From the NCBI GenBank assembly GCA_037379345.1, contig CM074520.1, forward strand, positions 13,309,488 through 13,373,487: a stretch of 64,000 nt of DNA, given 5' to 3'. The translations under genes were made by a program, and so were the position numbers. The notes beneath the pieces were generated by a model that had not been told where the DNA came from, made no database searches, and saw only the letters and a program-made list of their open reading frames with translations. The stretch is from Perna viridis. Taxonomy: Eukaryota. Shown here piece after piece: positions 23,701-36,160 of this stretch (position 1 is its first letter; every line of letters begins with the position of its first letter).

Positions 23701-26365
23701 AGAAAAACCTAAATGTACATCCGTATTTTATTCAAATGTATTTATTAGTGAAAAACTTTAGTGTAAATGAAACCAGATCGAAATTTAAATAGAGAAACGT
23801 TTTGTAACGAGAAATTGATATCAGATATTTATCATACAACGGATCCTGTTTTGTGTTCTAGTGAAAATATAAGTAGAATAAGATATCGCTGCAATAAAGT
23901 ATGAGATCAAACGTCTATTTTCTAACTTTGACGGTAAGGGAATGTGTACAATATATCCTCAATTCTGACTTGTGATAAAACATTATGTAAAGTTAATGAA
24001 GGTAACCAGTCTTTTAGCATATGGTATTTACATTCCTTAGTATGCCCTGTAATCAACGTAATAATGTGTTTTTAGCGTAACTGTTATTCATTATAACTAT
24101 AGGGTAACGATTGATGTAATATTATGAACCTCTGTAGAAATATTAATAGAAAAGTACGTTACTGACTCAAGAATACACGATACATCTTCATTACTCTTTT
24201 TCTCTCGATGCATTATATTTTCTCGTTATAGACGGTGAATTTTTAGATTGATTAACAAGCGTGGGGTGTTTATAGTATTTATCATGAAACTGCACGTAAT
24301 AACTGCGAAAACGCTTCAATGGGATTAAGTGAGAAATCTGACTTAAAACAATTAATAGAAAATGCACCTCAAATACGGATTTATTAAACATGAACGCTGT
24401 CAACGAGAGGTGACCGTCTTCTGTAAGAATTAAAATCTTTCTGGTTTTAAACATGGGCAGATCCAAAAGGGGTTGGAAACCCTTTTCCCCAACCCGGCTT
24501 ATCCTCAGAATTTGTTTAATTATAGTGAAAAAAAAAAACAAGAAATTACTCGAGCGGCTCCTTTCGGACTTTCTAGATCTGTCACTTGTAAAGCAAAGCT
24601 ATGATTATAACCTAAAAACCAGTGTCTATGAAGCGACCGATATACCTTTTATAAACTATTATAGATTAATGAATCTACTGCTCTTGTCAATATCCACATA
24701 ACGGCAGATGGTCGTTTCCTCTCTTGGATCTCGGGTTTGATCATGTGTCCATGTGATATTTAACACGAATTGATATCGCATGTCCTTTAACAAAATCTTT
24801 GATCGTATTATTATCAAATTAAAAACTATCGGGAACTTGCTTTAATTTTTAAATATTGACTTATTCTTGAAATAAAATCAATACAACTTTCGTAGAATTG
24901 GACCAGATGTATAAGATATGAATATGTTTTCAGGAATGTTACTTGTATAGCAGACGGACTGCCAGACATCAAATGGATGTTCTGCTATCTCTACTGGTCA
25001 CTCCGACTAATTTGAGGGGCAGCTTGAATAAACGGATACACGGGGTGAGTTTGAAGAGTTTTACAACTCATACTGAATGAATTTCAATAATTTGAATGTT
25101 AATACTTTATGTATGATTAAAAATTTTAGGGAAAATGTATAAACATCGATTAAAAAAACATGTCCCAATTGAAAGAAGTTGACTGGAATCGTATACATGG
25201 ACAGTTACATTCATTTACTTTCAGAAACCAATCAATGCAGAAAACATTCCAGCAGCCCTGAAACAGGATATCATGGCATTTAGAAGATCTCCATCAGAAA
25301 ACTTTATTGAAAATCTTTTTGAGGTAATCCATATAATATTAAGTTACCATTTATTAACATAACCAATTAGCTCCGAAAAGCGTAAATTAGAAACAGTTAC
25401 AGTTTAGCTTATGATCGCTAAACATTACCTTCCAGAAAATAATAATGATCACAAAACAGTTATTCATAGCAATTGTATAAACTAAGATAAAAATCTTTTT
25501 GTTGTATCATATATCATATTGAAACACATTTAAATGCAGCTAATTTAATAAAGTATTACCTCTTCTCTGTCCATAAAAATCATGGGCGGATCCAAGATCT
25601 TTTAAAATGAGAATTCCTATCTAGAAATTTATAAATGGGAGTCCAGGCTATCAATTGCTCTTTTTTCTTGCTCACAGTTTGCACACATTAACAAAAATCA
25701 CATTTGTTTTGGATCCACCAAATGCTGCTCCTGATATGAGGTAAAACTCTTTACAAAAACTGCCAAATCTTTGGAGTTTGAATTTTACTGTGCACGGTAA
25801 TGTCTTATTGGATCATCTAGACTCATTTTCTTCTACACAAAGTGGCAACATCACCTTCGCTTTTGTAAATATATTGATGACATGATCCTTTGCACGGTTT
25901 CATTTTTGTTCCAGTTTTTATTATTATTATTATTATAAAAATGAATGTAACGGCATATGCTTTTCCAATCTTGATATGCATATTATGGAGTTACTACATT
26001 CATATCGTTTACAGAAAAAATATTCTAGATCAGAAAGGTCATATTTGGTTATTTTGTTTCAGGAATTTATGAATGTAGTAGACTATCAAAAGTCAAGACA
26101 CCTGAGAAACATACAGGCGCGGGATATTACGGAAGTGACACCATTTGTCCAGAAGTGTGTTGGGGTATGTTGGGAAATGGTGACTCAGGAACCACCCATG
26201 TACCTACTGTTCAAGCTTCGTCATAATCAAGTCATAGAGAAGGACAAATTTGACGTTTTTAGTCATGATGGGAATAAAGTTGACTTTTTAGTTTGGCCCG
26301 CACTATTACGGGACGAACATGGTCATTTGCTACAGAAGGGAGTTGTGCAAGCTATGCGGTCATAA
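17746..26365 (+). CDS. Long coiled-coil protein with C-terminal MIEAP (mitochondria-eating protein/SPATA18-like) domain; exons ~17746-17826, 19197-19265, 20514-22303, 22850-23060, 24934-25044, 25225-25323, 26063-26365
   Basis: Phase-compatible GT-AG exons and a 1.8-kb E/K/Q-rich heptad exon. The last exon PFVQKCVGVCWEMVTQEPPMYL..GNKVDFLVWPALL..GHLLQKGVVQ matches the MIEAP C-terminal signature. Confidence 0.82.
22352..22491. mobile_element. Palindromic (fold-back) MITE in intron
   Basis: AGTTAATAgctCAAACTG.TC.GTTTTGTCTAATTCCT...CTTCCGTTTTG loop CAAAACGGAAG...AGGAATTAGACAAAACAGAACAGTTTGATTATTAACT. Confidence 0.7.
23310..23500 (-). mobile_element. 3'-end fragment of the Penelope-like element family also present at 33345-34210
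   Basis: Aligns with 33350-33540 (aaagaatgtaatccagg..gacatggaaaacagacacacacaacaaagaa..gagcaactcg..ctgggagcatggac). Confidence 0.75.
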
Positions 26366-28901
26366 CCTTTAAAATCCTTAAATGTATTCTATACCGTTCG
26401 TATTATATTTTGTTCAGGCTCAACTGTTGTGTTCAGGGTTACATAGTACATCATTGACATTCGACCTTCGTGTACATGCATGTATGGGTACAAACATTAT
26501 AAAGATGTCGCTGATATACAATTTATTTCATTGTTTATCTTAAAGTACACGTGGACTCCGTAAAGAACCGATTTTATCTTGCAGCTGATAAATTGTCTAT
26601 AAGTGATGGCTTGTTAATATTGACGAAAATAGATAAAGTTTAAAAGATAGTAAAGGGGAATATGGTTGTTAAACTATTAAATCTTGAATCTTCTATGATA
26701 TTGGGCAAAATTATGCAGGAGTGTACTGGTATGGTGAATTTTCTTGCCTTTTTGTCTTTCTTCAGTGTTTGTTGTGGTGCATAACTAGGCGATATTGTCT
26801 CCCGTGCTATTGACCATTCGATGTCTTGACATAAAAATAAAACAATTTTAATCTTAGTTGTTTTGTTGTGTTAAAGGTGGAAACATTTTTGTATTTATAC
26901 TTGTCTCTGTTGTGATCGAGCAAGTATTTCATAGAATTATGGGGAGTAGGGATAAGTCAGGGGAAACTGGAATTAGACTCATTCAAAGTTTTGACGAAAC
27001 TTCCTGTTTTTTTTTTTATTTCTATTGACATATTCTCTGAATTATCTTGACCCTATAAGGACCGAGAGTAAAACAAACAAAAAAGTACCCAAAACAAACA
27101 CCAACAATCAAATCACAAATGGAAAATTAAAGCGTCCGAATCAAGGTGACAAGACACTGCTCAGGGACTGGTATACCCAAGTACAGCAGTGTTTATTCCC
27201 TCAAAATAACTAACTTGGAGAGAAAAAAAGAGAATTAGGCTAGTTTGCAGTTTCTCTAAAGAAGATGATTTGGAAATAAAATATTTGTGAAGTGTGTCTG
27301 ACGTTTTTCAATTAGTACACAATAGGTATTCAAATCTGAACAAAGGTTTGTAAGGTCCTCCTGTCGCCCATGACAACAATAACAATAGTAAGATCATTTG
27401 ATGGTTACACATTCAACTATCATTCCCTATGTATCTGCCTGCCCTCGGGAGGAAGAAACTACCTTTCGTCCTCATCGCCCTTTTTCATAAAAAAGAATTC
27501 GTCTCTTCCATAAGTGTATAGATTTAGAACCTCAACCCACATGCTGTTCAAGGGCTTGTTTATATACCATATTTAAAATCATTCAAAGTAGCTGCTGATT
27601 ATTGGTGCATTATTTTCATACTTTTATACTACAAAATTTTACTGTATGTAGTTATCAATAACTTGTACCACTAGTCGATCAACTTGTGCCCATATCTAGC
27701 ATGAGGAAATACCGACGCTCCCATCTCTGTCCTTAGTCTCTCCTCGGTGTGTTTTTGTCTTCACGGTTGCTTGTCTAATAAAGTTCTAATCGTGGTTTCT
27801 CATAGCCAACCTTCCTGGTTACAGTTGCACGGGACCATGCTTTTTTTCCTGTATAAGAAATTTTTATTTCTATTGTGTTGTGTGGTTTAAATATTCTTCG
27901 TCTGTTTTCTTTTTTTTTGTAATTCCGGTGTTGAATTCTCTACGGATTCCATCTCCTTTGTATATTGGGTATATACTTCTTCTCTTCACTTTCGATTATT
28001 AGACATGCATGTACATGTACATTTGTAGTTCTATCCGTGGCTATTCATACGTTCTCTTGTATAACTGAACTGCAGAAAACATGGAAGATCACAGTATCAA
28101 AGAAGTAAATATCTTCTGCTTTTTTAAAACTTCTGCAAAATTTTATTCAGCGTTAAGATTACATAAGACTATTTGTGTGTTGATACGTTAAAAAGACGTG
28201 CATACATAAAAGGACAAGAGAAAAAGTCACCTTGTCAAGTCCCAAGATATCACTTTTCGTATATGTAAGACAGGGTTCTTATATCTGTGCGTACTTGTGT
28301 ACAGAAACAATAAAAATGTACTTTATACCATGTGACTGAGAAGTATCTGTAACATATTAATCCTGCTTAATTACTATGTTACGATTTCTCAATGATTTTT
28401 GCAGTTTTACTATCAAGCCGTTTTAATCCGATTTATTTTTCGTAGCATAATAAATATAATTGTTTCTGAAAAGGAGGGCGGACAGTGTGTCATAACCTCA
28501 CGTCCTTGTATCCTGAATCACTTCATCATGCATGTGTTACAATCAAAATATTGCTTAAAATCTTATTACATAAACAACTCTTTTTATGTAAGATATTTAA
28601 ATAGATACTATTAGTTATGCAATCTAATTCAGGTTTATCCTGTAAGAGAGAGAGCGTCCCCATTCTTTTTTTTACCCGTCGCCATTTTGGCCGGGTTTTC
28701 ACGCAAGGGTAGTAAACGTAAAGAAAAATATAAACGTCTGATAATTTGAAGTATACATGCAACATTTTGCGTTGTAATAGTATGTACACATATCGTACAT
28801 GGTCATCTTCAGGTTAAACTTATGACAGAAATTCCTTAACTTACAAGATCTTTGATAAATAATCTTAAGTTAATCTAATTGTATTTACACTGTCTTCTGT
28901 T

Positions 28902-28953
28902 CAGTGGCGGATCCAGGTGGGGTGCAGGGGGTTGACATCTGAATCCGCACCTG
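28902..28953. mobile_element. 52-bp mini-MITE of the CAG.GGCGGATCCAG family; related fragments near 18720-18835, 24453, 25583, 35258 and 35769
   Basis: CAGTGGCGGATCCAG...CTGAATCCGCACCTG flanked by the direct repeat CTGTT. Confidence 0.55.
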
Positions 28954-29229
28954 CTGTTTTTCGTCTGTTGTCTGTTGGTGTTCCTGGTTGTCTGTTTCTG
29001 TGTGACTAGGGATTTGACACCTCGGTTTTCCTACTGTTTCAAATTAACAGACTACTAGTATTTAGGTTATAAGTTGTTGATTAGTCACTAGAATGTTTCA
29101 TGCATTTCAGAACGAGAACGTTGGAGCAATAAGTAAACAATTACCAATACGTTGATTATTTAGTATGCTAACAAGGGCGATTCAAAGATGACATAAAATC
29201 TATGTGGGATTCTTAGATTTTTTCGACCG

Positions 29230-29425
29230 CGAAAACAATTGCGGTCGTATGAAGGTATCGTGCTATCGTCTTCCGCAGACACTTACCTATGTGAATAAAT
29301 GAATCTATACAAGCCATCAAGATCATCTTTCTGGAATTCACACAGGAATTTCAAACTGCTCAGTCAGTGAATATATTCAAAAAGAAACTAAAGACTCATT
29401 TTCAGACAGGCCTTTCTATTTAAGT
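29230..29425 (+). mobile_element. Degenerate 3' end of a CR1/L2-group LINE
   Basis: tggaattca...TTCAAAAAGAAACTAAAGACTCATTTTCAGACAGGCCTTT resembles the terminal WN...FKKKLKTHLF..AF of L2/CR1-group ORF2. Confidence 0.45.
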
Positions 29426-29623
29426 TAACGTATTTCAAGTGATAGGATATGGTGACACTGCAGTTTTTTGTTTAAATGATTTTCTTAATTTGTTGTATAT
29501 TTTCATAAAATGCTCGTTAATGCTTTAAAGCAGCTTATTACTTTTATGTAGATTGTTCTGTGATAATGGAACATTGTTTAACTTTGATACTTTGAAATTT
29601 TATATTCTCATGTTTGATGATAC

Positions 29624-30306
29624 TACGGAAGCTTATTCGGGCCTTTTATTTGAAAAAAATTTTTTTATTGCGTTTAAACGCAAAACATTGCGAATAAACA
29701 CAAGTCTCATTGCGAATAAACGCAAAGCTCATTGCGAATGAGCGCAAAACATTGCGAATAATCGCAATGAGTTTTGCGTTTAAACGAAATTTGTTTGCGA
29801 ATGAACGCAACCATATAAACGCAAAAATTTATTGCGTTTAAACGCAAAAGTATTGCGAATAAACGCAAGAGTACTGCGAATAAACGCAATAATGGGAATG
29901 GGAAATACGAAAATGGGTAAAATCTTTGTACGCAGTCATTACAGCAAAACGTGCCTACGGGCAATCTTACGTCAACTTTCTTACCTTAATTTAAGCTAAT
30001 CTCGTTATATTCCCTTAAACCTGTTGGACAGTAACTATATTCCACTATTATCCTATGTCTCCATTTACTGACAATATAATTGCTTTTACGCAAAACGATG
30101 ATATTTGCATTAATTCGCAATACTTTCGCGTTTAATCGCAACAAATTTTTGCGTTATTCGCAATAATCATTGTGTTTATTCGCAAAAGATTGCGTTTATT
30201 CGCAATGATAGAGTTTATTTGCAATGATTGCGTTTACTCGCAAAAAAAATGCGTTTAAACGCAATAAATTTTTTTTAAAAAAAAGTGGCCCGAATAAGCT
30301 TCCGTA
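29624..30306. mobile_element. Non-autonomous DNA transposon, IS3EU-like, second family
   Basis: 20-bp perfect TIR TACGGAAGCTTATTCGGGCC / GGCCCGAATAAGCTTCCGTA; TSD TGATAC; subterminal arrays of palindromic TTGCG(A/T)nCGCAA units at ~21-bp spacing. Confidence 0.88.
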
Positions 30307-30446
30307 TGATACAGGTATTTAGGTTATAATACCTGTTTTCATGACATACGTGCCTACGTCATTATATTAACTACCTTCATTTAATGCAAATTCTTATATA
30401 AACGTCTCAGAATGACCCGGCCAGCGAAAAGCTATATTTTTATATA

Positions 30447-30550
30447 GCCTAGCTGGCCGAGTGGTCTAGGGCGCTGGACTTTGTGCAGGCGGTGTTGCCA
30501 TAGATGTCACAGCGGTACGAGTTTGAGTCATGCGGAGGGAACTACCAAAA
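30447..30550 (+). mobile_element. tRNA-derived SINE head
   Basis: A-box TGGCCGAGTGG(TCTAGGGCGCTGG) and degenerate B-box GTTTGAGTC; no complete cloverleaf. Confidence 0.55.
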
Positions 30551-30569
30551 AGTTCTAACGTCGTTGGGA

Positions 30570-31210
30570 ATTTTTCAGACCATCTATAACACTTCATGTT
30601 CGGCAATAACTTGAGTATAAGTGTACAAGTCTTTATGAAAATATCATACCACAAGAGGCCATACCACAACATGAAGCTTGGGATTAATTGTGGAGATTCT
30701 GACTTGAACTGTTGAGAAATAATGGACCAAAAGGGGCCAGATACAAACATTTTCATGATATCCGGACATGCAATAACTCGAGAAAATTTTAAAGGTTCTT
30801 TTAGAATTGTACCACTGGAAGGTGTCGTACCACAAAAGTAAGGCTGGGAATTGTTTTGGGGGTTGTGACTCAAACCGTTTAGAAATAAAGGGTCAAAAAG
30901 AGTCATTTATAAACAGGAATTTTCATGATGTCCGGACAATAACTTGATTGACTCTGAATAATATCTTTGAAATTGTACCACAAGAGGAAGGCTGTAAATG
31001 ATTTTGAGGATTGTAGCTCATATTGTTTAGGATTCAGGAGTCGAACAGGTGGTAGAAACAAGTTTTTTTTATGATATTCGGACAGTAACTTTTCTATAAG
31101 TGAATGTTTATACCATAGGATGCCATACCACCAAAGAAAGGCGTGGATTGATTGTGGGGTTGTAATTTAAACTGTTTAGGGGATTGTGCTTATTTAGAAA
31201 TAATGGGAAA
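30570..31210 (+). repeat. Highly diverged ~165-bp tandem monomers (Helentron-interior type)
   Basis: Recurrent tccggaca..aataact..taccacaa..aaggctgg.att..ttttgggg.ttgt..ctc..tgtttagg motif, about 4 times. Confidence 0.5.
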
Positions 31211-31573
31211 AAAGGGGTGCCTGTCATTTAGATCAAATTATTTTTATGTGTCCAATATATAATCACAATCAAAATTCGGGTGTATCAAGATTGAATGGTA
31301 TAAACTGTTGAGGGTTTGAACTATGTGGTCGTATCAAGCCGGGCCTAACATTTTATTCATTCATACAATTCATGCAAATTTCGGGAGTTGCTTATAACGG
31401 ATCTGCCTTTCAATCCATATCTGGTCAGCTCGGAGAAGGAGCAGTCTAAAGGAAGTTATGGTACCCTATGTAAATACATTTTCTCCGTCTCCGAATCATA
31501 GGTCATGTACCAATATTTTGCACATCAAATACAGAAGTAGTAACAATCAATTTGTTGACAATAAGTTTTTTTG

Positions 31574-32385
31574 TATGAAACGGTCGGGCACGGCACCTTA
31601 CATTTAATGCGACTAAACCACCGAGGTTTTATATGATACGGTCGGGCACGGCACCTTACATTTCATGCGACTAAACCACCGATGATTTATATGAAACGGT
31701 CGGGCACGGCACCTTACATTTAATGCGACTGAATCACCGACGTTTTATATGAAACGGTCGAGCACGGTACCTTACGTTGATTGCGACTAAACCACCGATG
31801 TTTTATATGATACGGTCGGACACGGCACCTTACGTTGATTGCGACTAAACCACCGAGGTTTTATATGATACGGTCGGGCACTGCACCTTACATTTACTGC
31901 GACTAAACCACCGAGGTTTTATATGATACGGTCGGACACGGTACCTTACGTTGAATGCGACTAAACCACCGAGGTTTTATATGATACGGTCGGGCACGGT
32001 ACCTTACATTTCATGCGACTAAACAACCGATGATTTATATGAAACGGTCGGGCACGGCACCTTACATTTAATGCGACTAAACAACCGATGTTTTATCTGA
32101 AACGGTCGGGCACGGCACCTTACATTTAATGCGACTGAACCACCGATGTTTTATATGAAACGGTCGAGCACGGTACCTTACGTTGATTGCGACTAAACCA
32201 CCGATGTTTTATATGATACGGTCGGACACGGCACCTTACGTTGATTGCGACTAAACCACCGAGGTTTTATATGATACGGTCGGGCGCTGCACCTTACATT
32301 TACTGCGACTAAACCACCGAGGTTTTATATGATACGGTCGGGCACTGCACCTTACATTTACTGCGACTAAACCACCGAGGCGGTT
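31574..32385. repeat. 58-bp minisatellite, 14 copies
   Basis: CGGTC anchor every 58 bp from 31581 to 32335. Confidence 0.95.
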
Positions 32386-32420
32386 AATGTCAAGAATGAT
32401 GATTGATTTAACGAATGTTC

Positions 32421-32930
32421 TATGGCAAGCCAAAGTAGACAAAAATCAATATATTTTAAATATAGATTTTTAATATTACAAAATTATTCTTTTAATATTA
32501 GAAAGTATTTTTAAATATTAGAAAAGCATTTTGTAATATTACAAATTTAGTAATATATTATTAAATATCACACATTTTGCAGTATTGAATTTAAATTCAA
32601 TTTGAATTTGTAATATTAAAAAATGAATTTCTATTATCAAATATCAATTTTTTTTTATATTACAAAATGATTTTCTAATATAAAAAAAAATCGTAATTGA
32701 ATACAACAAATCCATTTTCTAATATTAGAAAACCAATTTCTTATATTAAAAATGATTTTTTAATACTAAAAATGGGTTTTGTGTTATTAGAAATCTAATT
32801 TGTACTATTAAAAAATCATTTTTCTAATATTAAAAAACACCTATTTTGTAATATTAGAATTCATGTTGTAATATTAAAAAAATATTTTCTAATATTACAA
32901 ATTCCTGATTTGGTAATATTATAAAAACAT
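32421..32930. mobile_element. Second, right-truncated copy of the IS3EU-like family at 15069
   Basis: Starts TATGGCAAGCCAAAGTAGACAAAAATCAATA with the same TAATATTA repeat interior; no right TIR seen. Confidence 0.75.
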
Positions 32931-33344
32931 AATCTACAAATAATCTAAACAAAGTTATACCACCGGAAATTCTCAGATCTGGTCAGCTTTGAGAAGGTGC
33001 AGCCTAAATTACCTTATTGGTTACAAAAATAAGTCAACGTCTTCAAAACCCAATGTAGAAGACCAGTTTACACTTTCAAAACTGTCGGAGAAAACTTCAA
33101 AACTTTGTTGAAACAAAACCATATAATTTTTCATAGAAAACTTTGGGTTTTTTCGGTGTGATTTTTTGATTGACTGTTGTTTCCAAAATGGTAAAAAAAG
33201 TGTAAGTCTATGTAAGAATCATGCAAATGGAAAAAATCAGAAACATGCATGTAAAATACCCACCGATATGATTCATTCAATAAGGACTTCCCTATTTGAT
33301 AAGACCGCTATATTAATTTTTTCAACAGAATGTTAGCGAGAGTA

Positions 33345-34210
33345 ATCATGCAAGGGAACAAAGATTCTAGCGGAAATCAAAAGAATGTAATCCAGGAACA
33401 AAGACCAGACATGGAAAACAGACACACACAACAAAGAATATAAAATAACCAAAATAATACATACAAATTAACAAAAGTAAATGAGCAACTCGCACTCCAC
33501 TAAAAACTGGGAGCATGGACCAGGTGCGCCGGTAGTGTAAGCGTCCTCTGCTTTTCTGGAAACACCCGCCGAGTTGCTCATAAAAAATCAAGTCCAGGGT
33601 AGACGGAAGAGGAAGGGAAAACTATGACACGATTAACAAATCAGTTTTTCAAGGTGCATATGGACACCGTAACAATCCACGAGTTCATGATGACGACCAT
33701 AAAACTTCTGTAGTGATGAATTCAATCTTATAGCAACATAACCCTGTTCCAGAAGCCCAATTGTAAGAAGCTCTGGTATAACGTATGAGTTGTGATATGA
33801 AAACTCAATACGGAGGTGCTGAAGGGATGTTGCCAAAGGTGAAAGGAAAATTGACTATACGAAATGAAAAGTCATCGCGTTTGTCGTATAGTTCCGTCAA
33901 TAGTTTTCTTTTACCATCGATCTCTAAGTGTAGGTCAAGATTTTAGGCTGACTTCACAGTGTCTGTAGTATCCTTTATCTCAAGTTCTCTGGGGGTAGAT
34001 GCGATGTATCAAATCCCCGGATTGTTTAACGACAATACATCATTTATATAGCGGAGACTGAGATTAAAGGGTCTAGCTAAACGATGTTCCTTCTTTTGGA
34101 TCAGATCAGCTATAAAGGCAGTTTCATGAGAGAGCAGGAATAGGTCAGCAAGTAGAAGAGCACAATTTGTTCCCATTGGAATGCCGACCGTTTGTTGAAA
34201 AACTCGTCCA
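33345..34210 (-). mobile_element. 5'-truncated, degenerate Penelope-like retroelement (RT C-terminal half and 3' UTR)
   Basis: VFQQTVGIPMGTNCALLLADLFL, RYINDVLSLNN (decayed YIDD), YDKRDDFSF, LLEQGY..SSLQKFYGRHHELV; frameshifts. Confidence 0.85.
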
Positions 34211-34689
34211 TTACTAGTTAGGGTTAGGATTAGAAAAATGAGGATTTTGACAGAGTTATTTGCTCTTGAAATGCTCATTTGCAGTGCATTTCAATGAAAT
34301 CATAACTCAATTTACCTTGACTTTTTTTTTATTTTTGCGATAAAGATAAGCATATACACTGTCAAAATTGTGCTTTTTTCATACTTTGTTTCTTCCACTG
34401 ATTCTTACAGAGACTGACACTTTAACGTTTAAAAGCTGTTGAAAATATGTGTTTAAAATTATGTTAGAACATTAATACTTGCTTATAATGTGTATTACAA
34501 AGGGTAACTGCATTACAAAACCATATTTGTTTCATTTTGTATCGGTATATCAATATTAGTAGGCACTAGCTTTTGTAATTCTCCGGGTTACATGAAAAGG
34601 AAATGGAAAGTCCCTAACCTGTAACAGGAAACAACGGTCGATAAAATCAAGTGCTCCAAACGAAGTATTAAGTTTTGCTTAAGCTGTAT

Positions 34690-35115
34690 GGATTGATTGA
34701 TTGCTTGGTTGATTACGATTTTATGTTCTAACAAATGCATTTCAGCACGAAACTTATCGACAGGTCCTGCTTTGTACCAGTCCTACACGCTAAACTTATC
34801 GACAGGTCCTGCTTTGTACCAGTCCTACACGCTAAACTTATCGACAGGTCCTGCTTTGTACCAGTCCTACACGCTAAACTTATCGACAGGTCCTGCTTTG
34901 TACCAGTCCTACACGCTAAACTTATCGACAGGTCCTGCTTTGTACCAGTCCTACACGCTAAACTTATCGACAGGTCCTGCTTTGTACCAGTCCTACACGC
35001 TAAACTTATCGACAGGTCCTGCTTTGTACCAGTCCTACACGCTAAACGGGATTTTTATTGTGCTATAGCTAACAGAGGAAAGAGCACGCAGGTGCGCATG
35101 TCACCCCAATCACAG
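34690..35115 (-). mobile_element. SINE-like fragment (reverse orientation) hosting the 42-bp array
   Basis: (GATT)n tail at 34691-34712 and gtcctgctttgtac..cacgct..gatttttattgtgcta..catgtcacccca body resembling bivalve SINEs. Confidence 0.45.
34750..35047. repeat. 42-bp minisatellite, 7 identical copies
   Basis: AAACTTATCGACAGGTCCTGCTTTGTACCAGTCCTACACGCT x7. Confidence 0.97.
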
Positions 35116-36029
35116 GGATTACATGCCAGATATACTGATATGGAGGGCCTCGGTTGTATACGTAAATGGTAGGCCCCCATATCAGTATATCATGCATATA
35201 ATCATTTTTACGAATCACTGTGCTCCAACCGTATTCATTATTCTGACTCCGAGCTAAGGGGCAGATCCAGACAGATTGGAAATGAGGGGTGCGTGCCGGG
35301 CGTGCACTAGCATATATAACGATCTACACTTCTCTTACATTTCTTGAAACAACTGCCATTATATTTTCCTCCTGATTTTTTTATTAAGAAGTTATGTCAT
35401 TCATTCTTTTTTCTCATTTGCATATTTTGATCAAATTTCTTTTTTACAAATAATCTGAAAATAAAATTATCGCATTAAGTATGATACTATTTGTCCCTTG
35501 AAATTTATATTTGTATGCAAATTATGTACTCACTACCTAAATGTATCATTTCGGGGATAAAACTAGACATTGCACGGCTGCAACATTTGAGACAGAATTG
35601 CTATATCTGAGCATGTATAGTGATTTATCCTGCTTTGTAACTGATTCCTTATACATTTTTATGTAGATCCTCATACTAACAAAAGTATGCAGATGATTTT
35701 TATTATTTATCGATCTAAATTTTTTTCCACATTCAAAATGGGGATATATTTTAAATCAAGGCATGGCCCAGGGGCGGAACCCGGACACTTTAAAAAAAAA
35801 AAAGAGGGATGCAGCCGGGGTTCCACGGAAAAGGGAGGGGGTGTTAGGACATTCTTTACCATTTTTTGTCAATTTTACACATGAAAATGACAAATTTTTG
35901 GGTAAAAACAGTTGGAGTGCCCCACTCCCCACCCCCCACCCCCCACACACACCCTTCATCTGTTAAACAGCAACCAGAGATAAAAGTTTTATTTGAAAAT
36001 CTATGATTTTATGTTATGTGGAAATAAAA

Positions 36030-36160
36030 ATAAAAATTTTCTTCCGGAATTTTCAACTACTCCGACATCATTTCTAAAATTACAATTGTTTTCTAACGTT
36101 GTGTTTCCGGTTAGGGACTAAGTGTCCCTGTAAGTGTTGAAATTTATCAGAAATGTAAGA
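36030..36160 (+). promoter_or_regulatory. Candidate TAF1 promoter / non-coding first exon
   Basis: ETS-like TTCCGG motifs (~36042, ~36105) followed by GTAAG donors (~36129, ~36154). The first coding exon is preceded by an acceptor (CAG at 40157-40159), implying an upstream non-coding exon. Confidence 0.3.

Noticed and set aside
30447-30550. tRNA-Leu/Ser gene
   Set aside because: Only the A-box/D-arm looks tRNA-like; T-arm and acceptor stem do not close, so it is a SINE head.
31574-32385. Possible CRISPR-like array
   Set aside because: Head-to-tail units with no unique spacers, no cas genes, eukaryotic context.
34697-35172. ORFs of 123 and 145 aa with 14-aa repeats
   Set aside because: By-product of a stop-free 42-bp minisatellite inside a SINE-like fragment; no splice or domain support.
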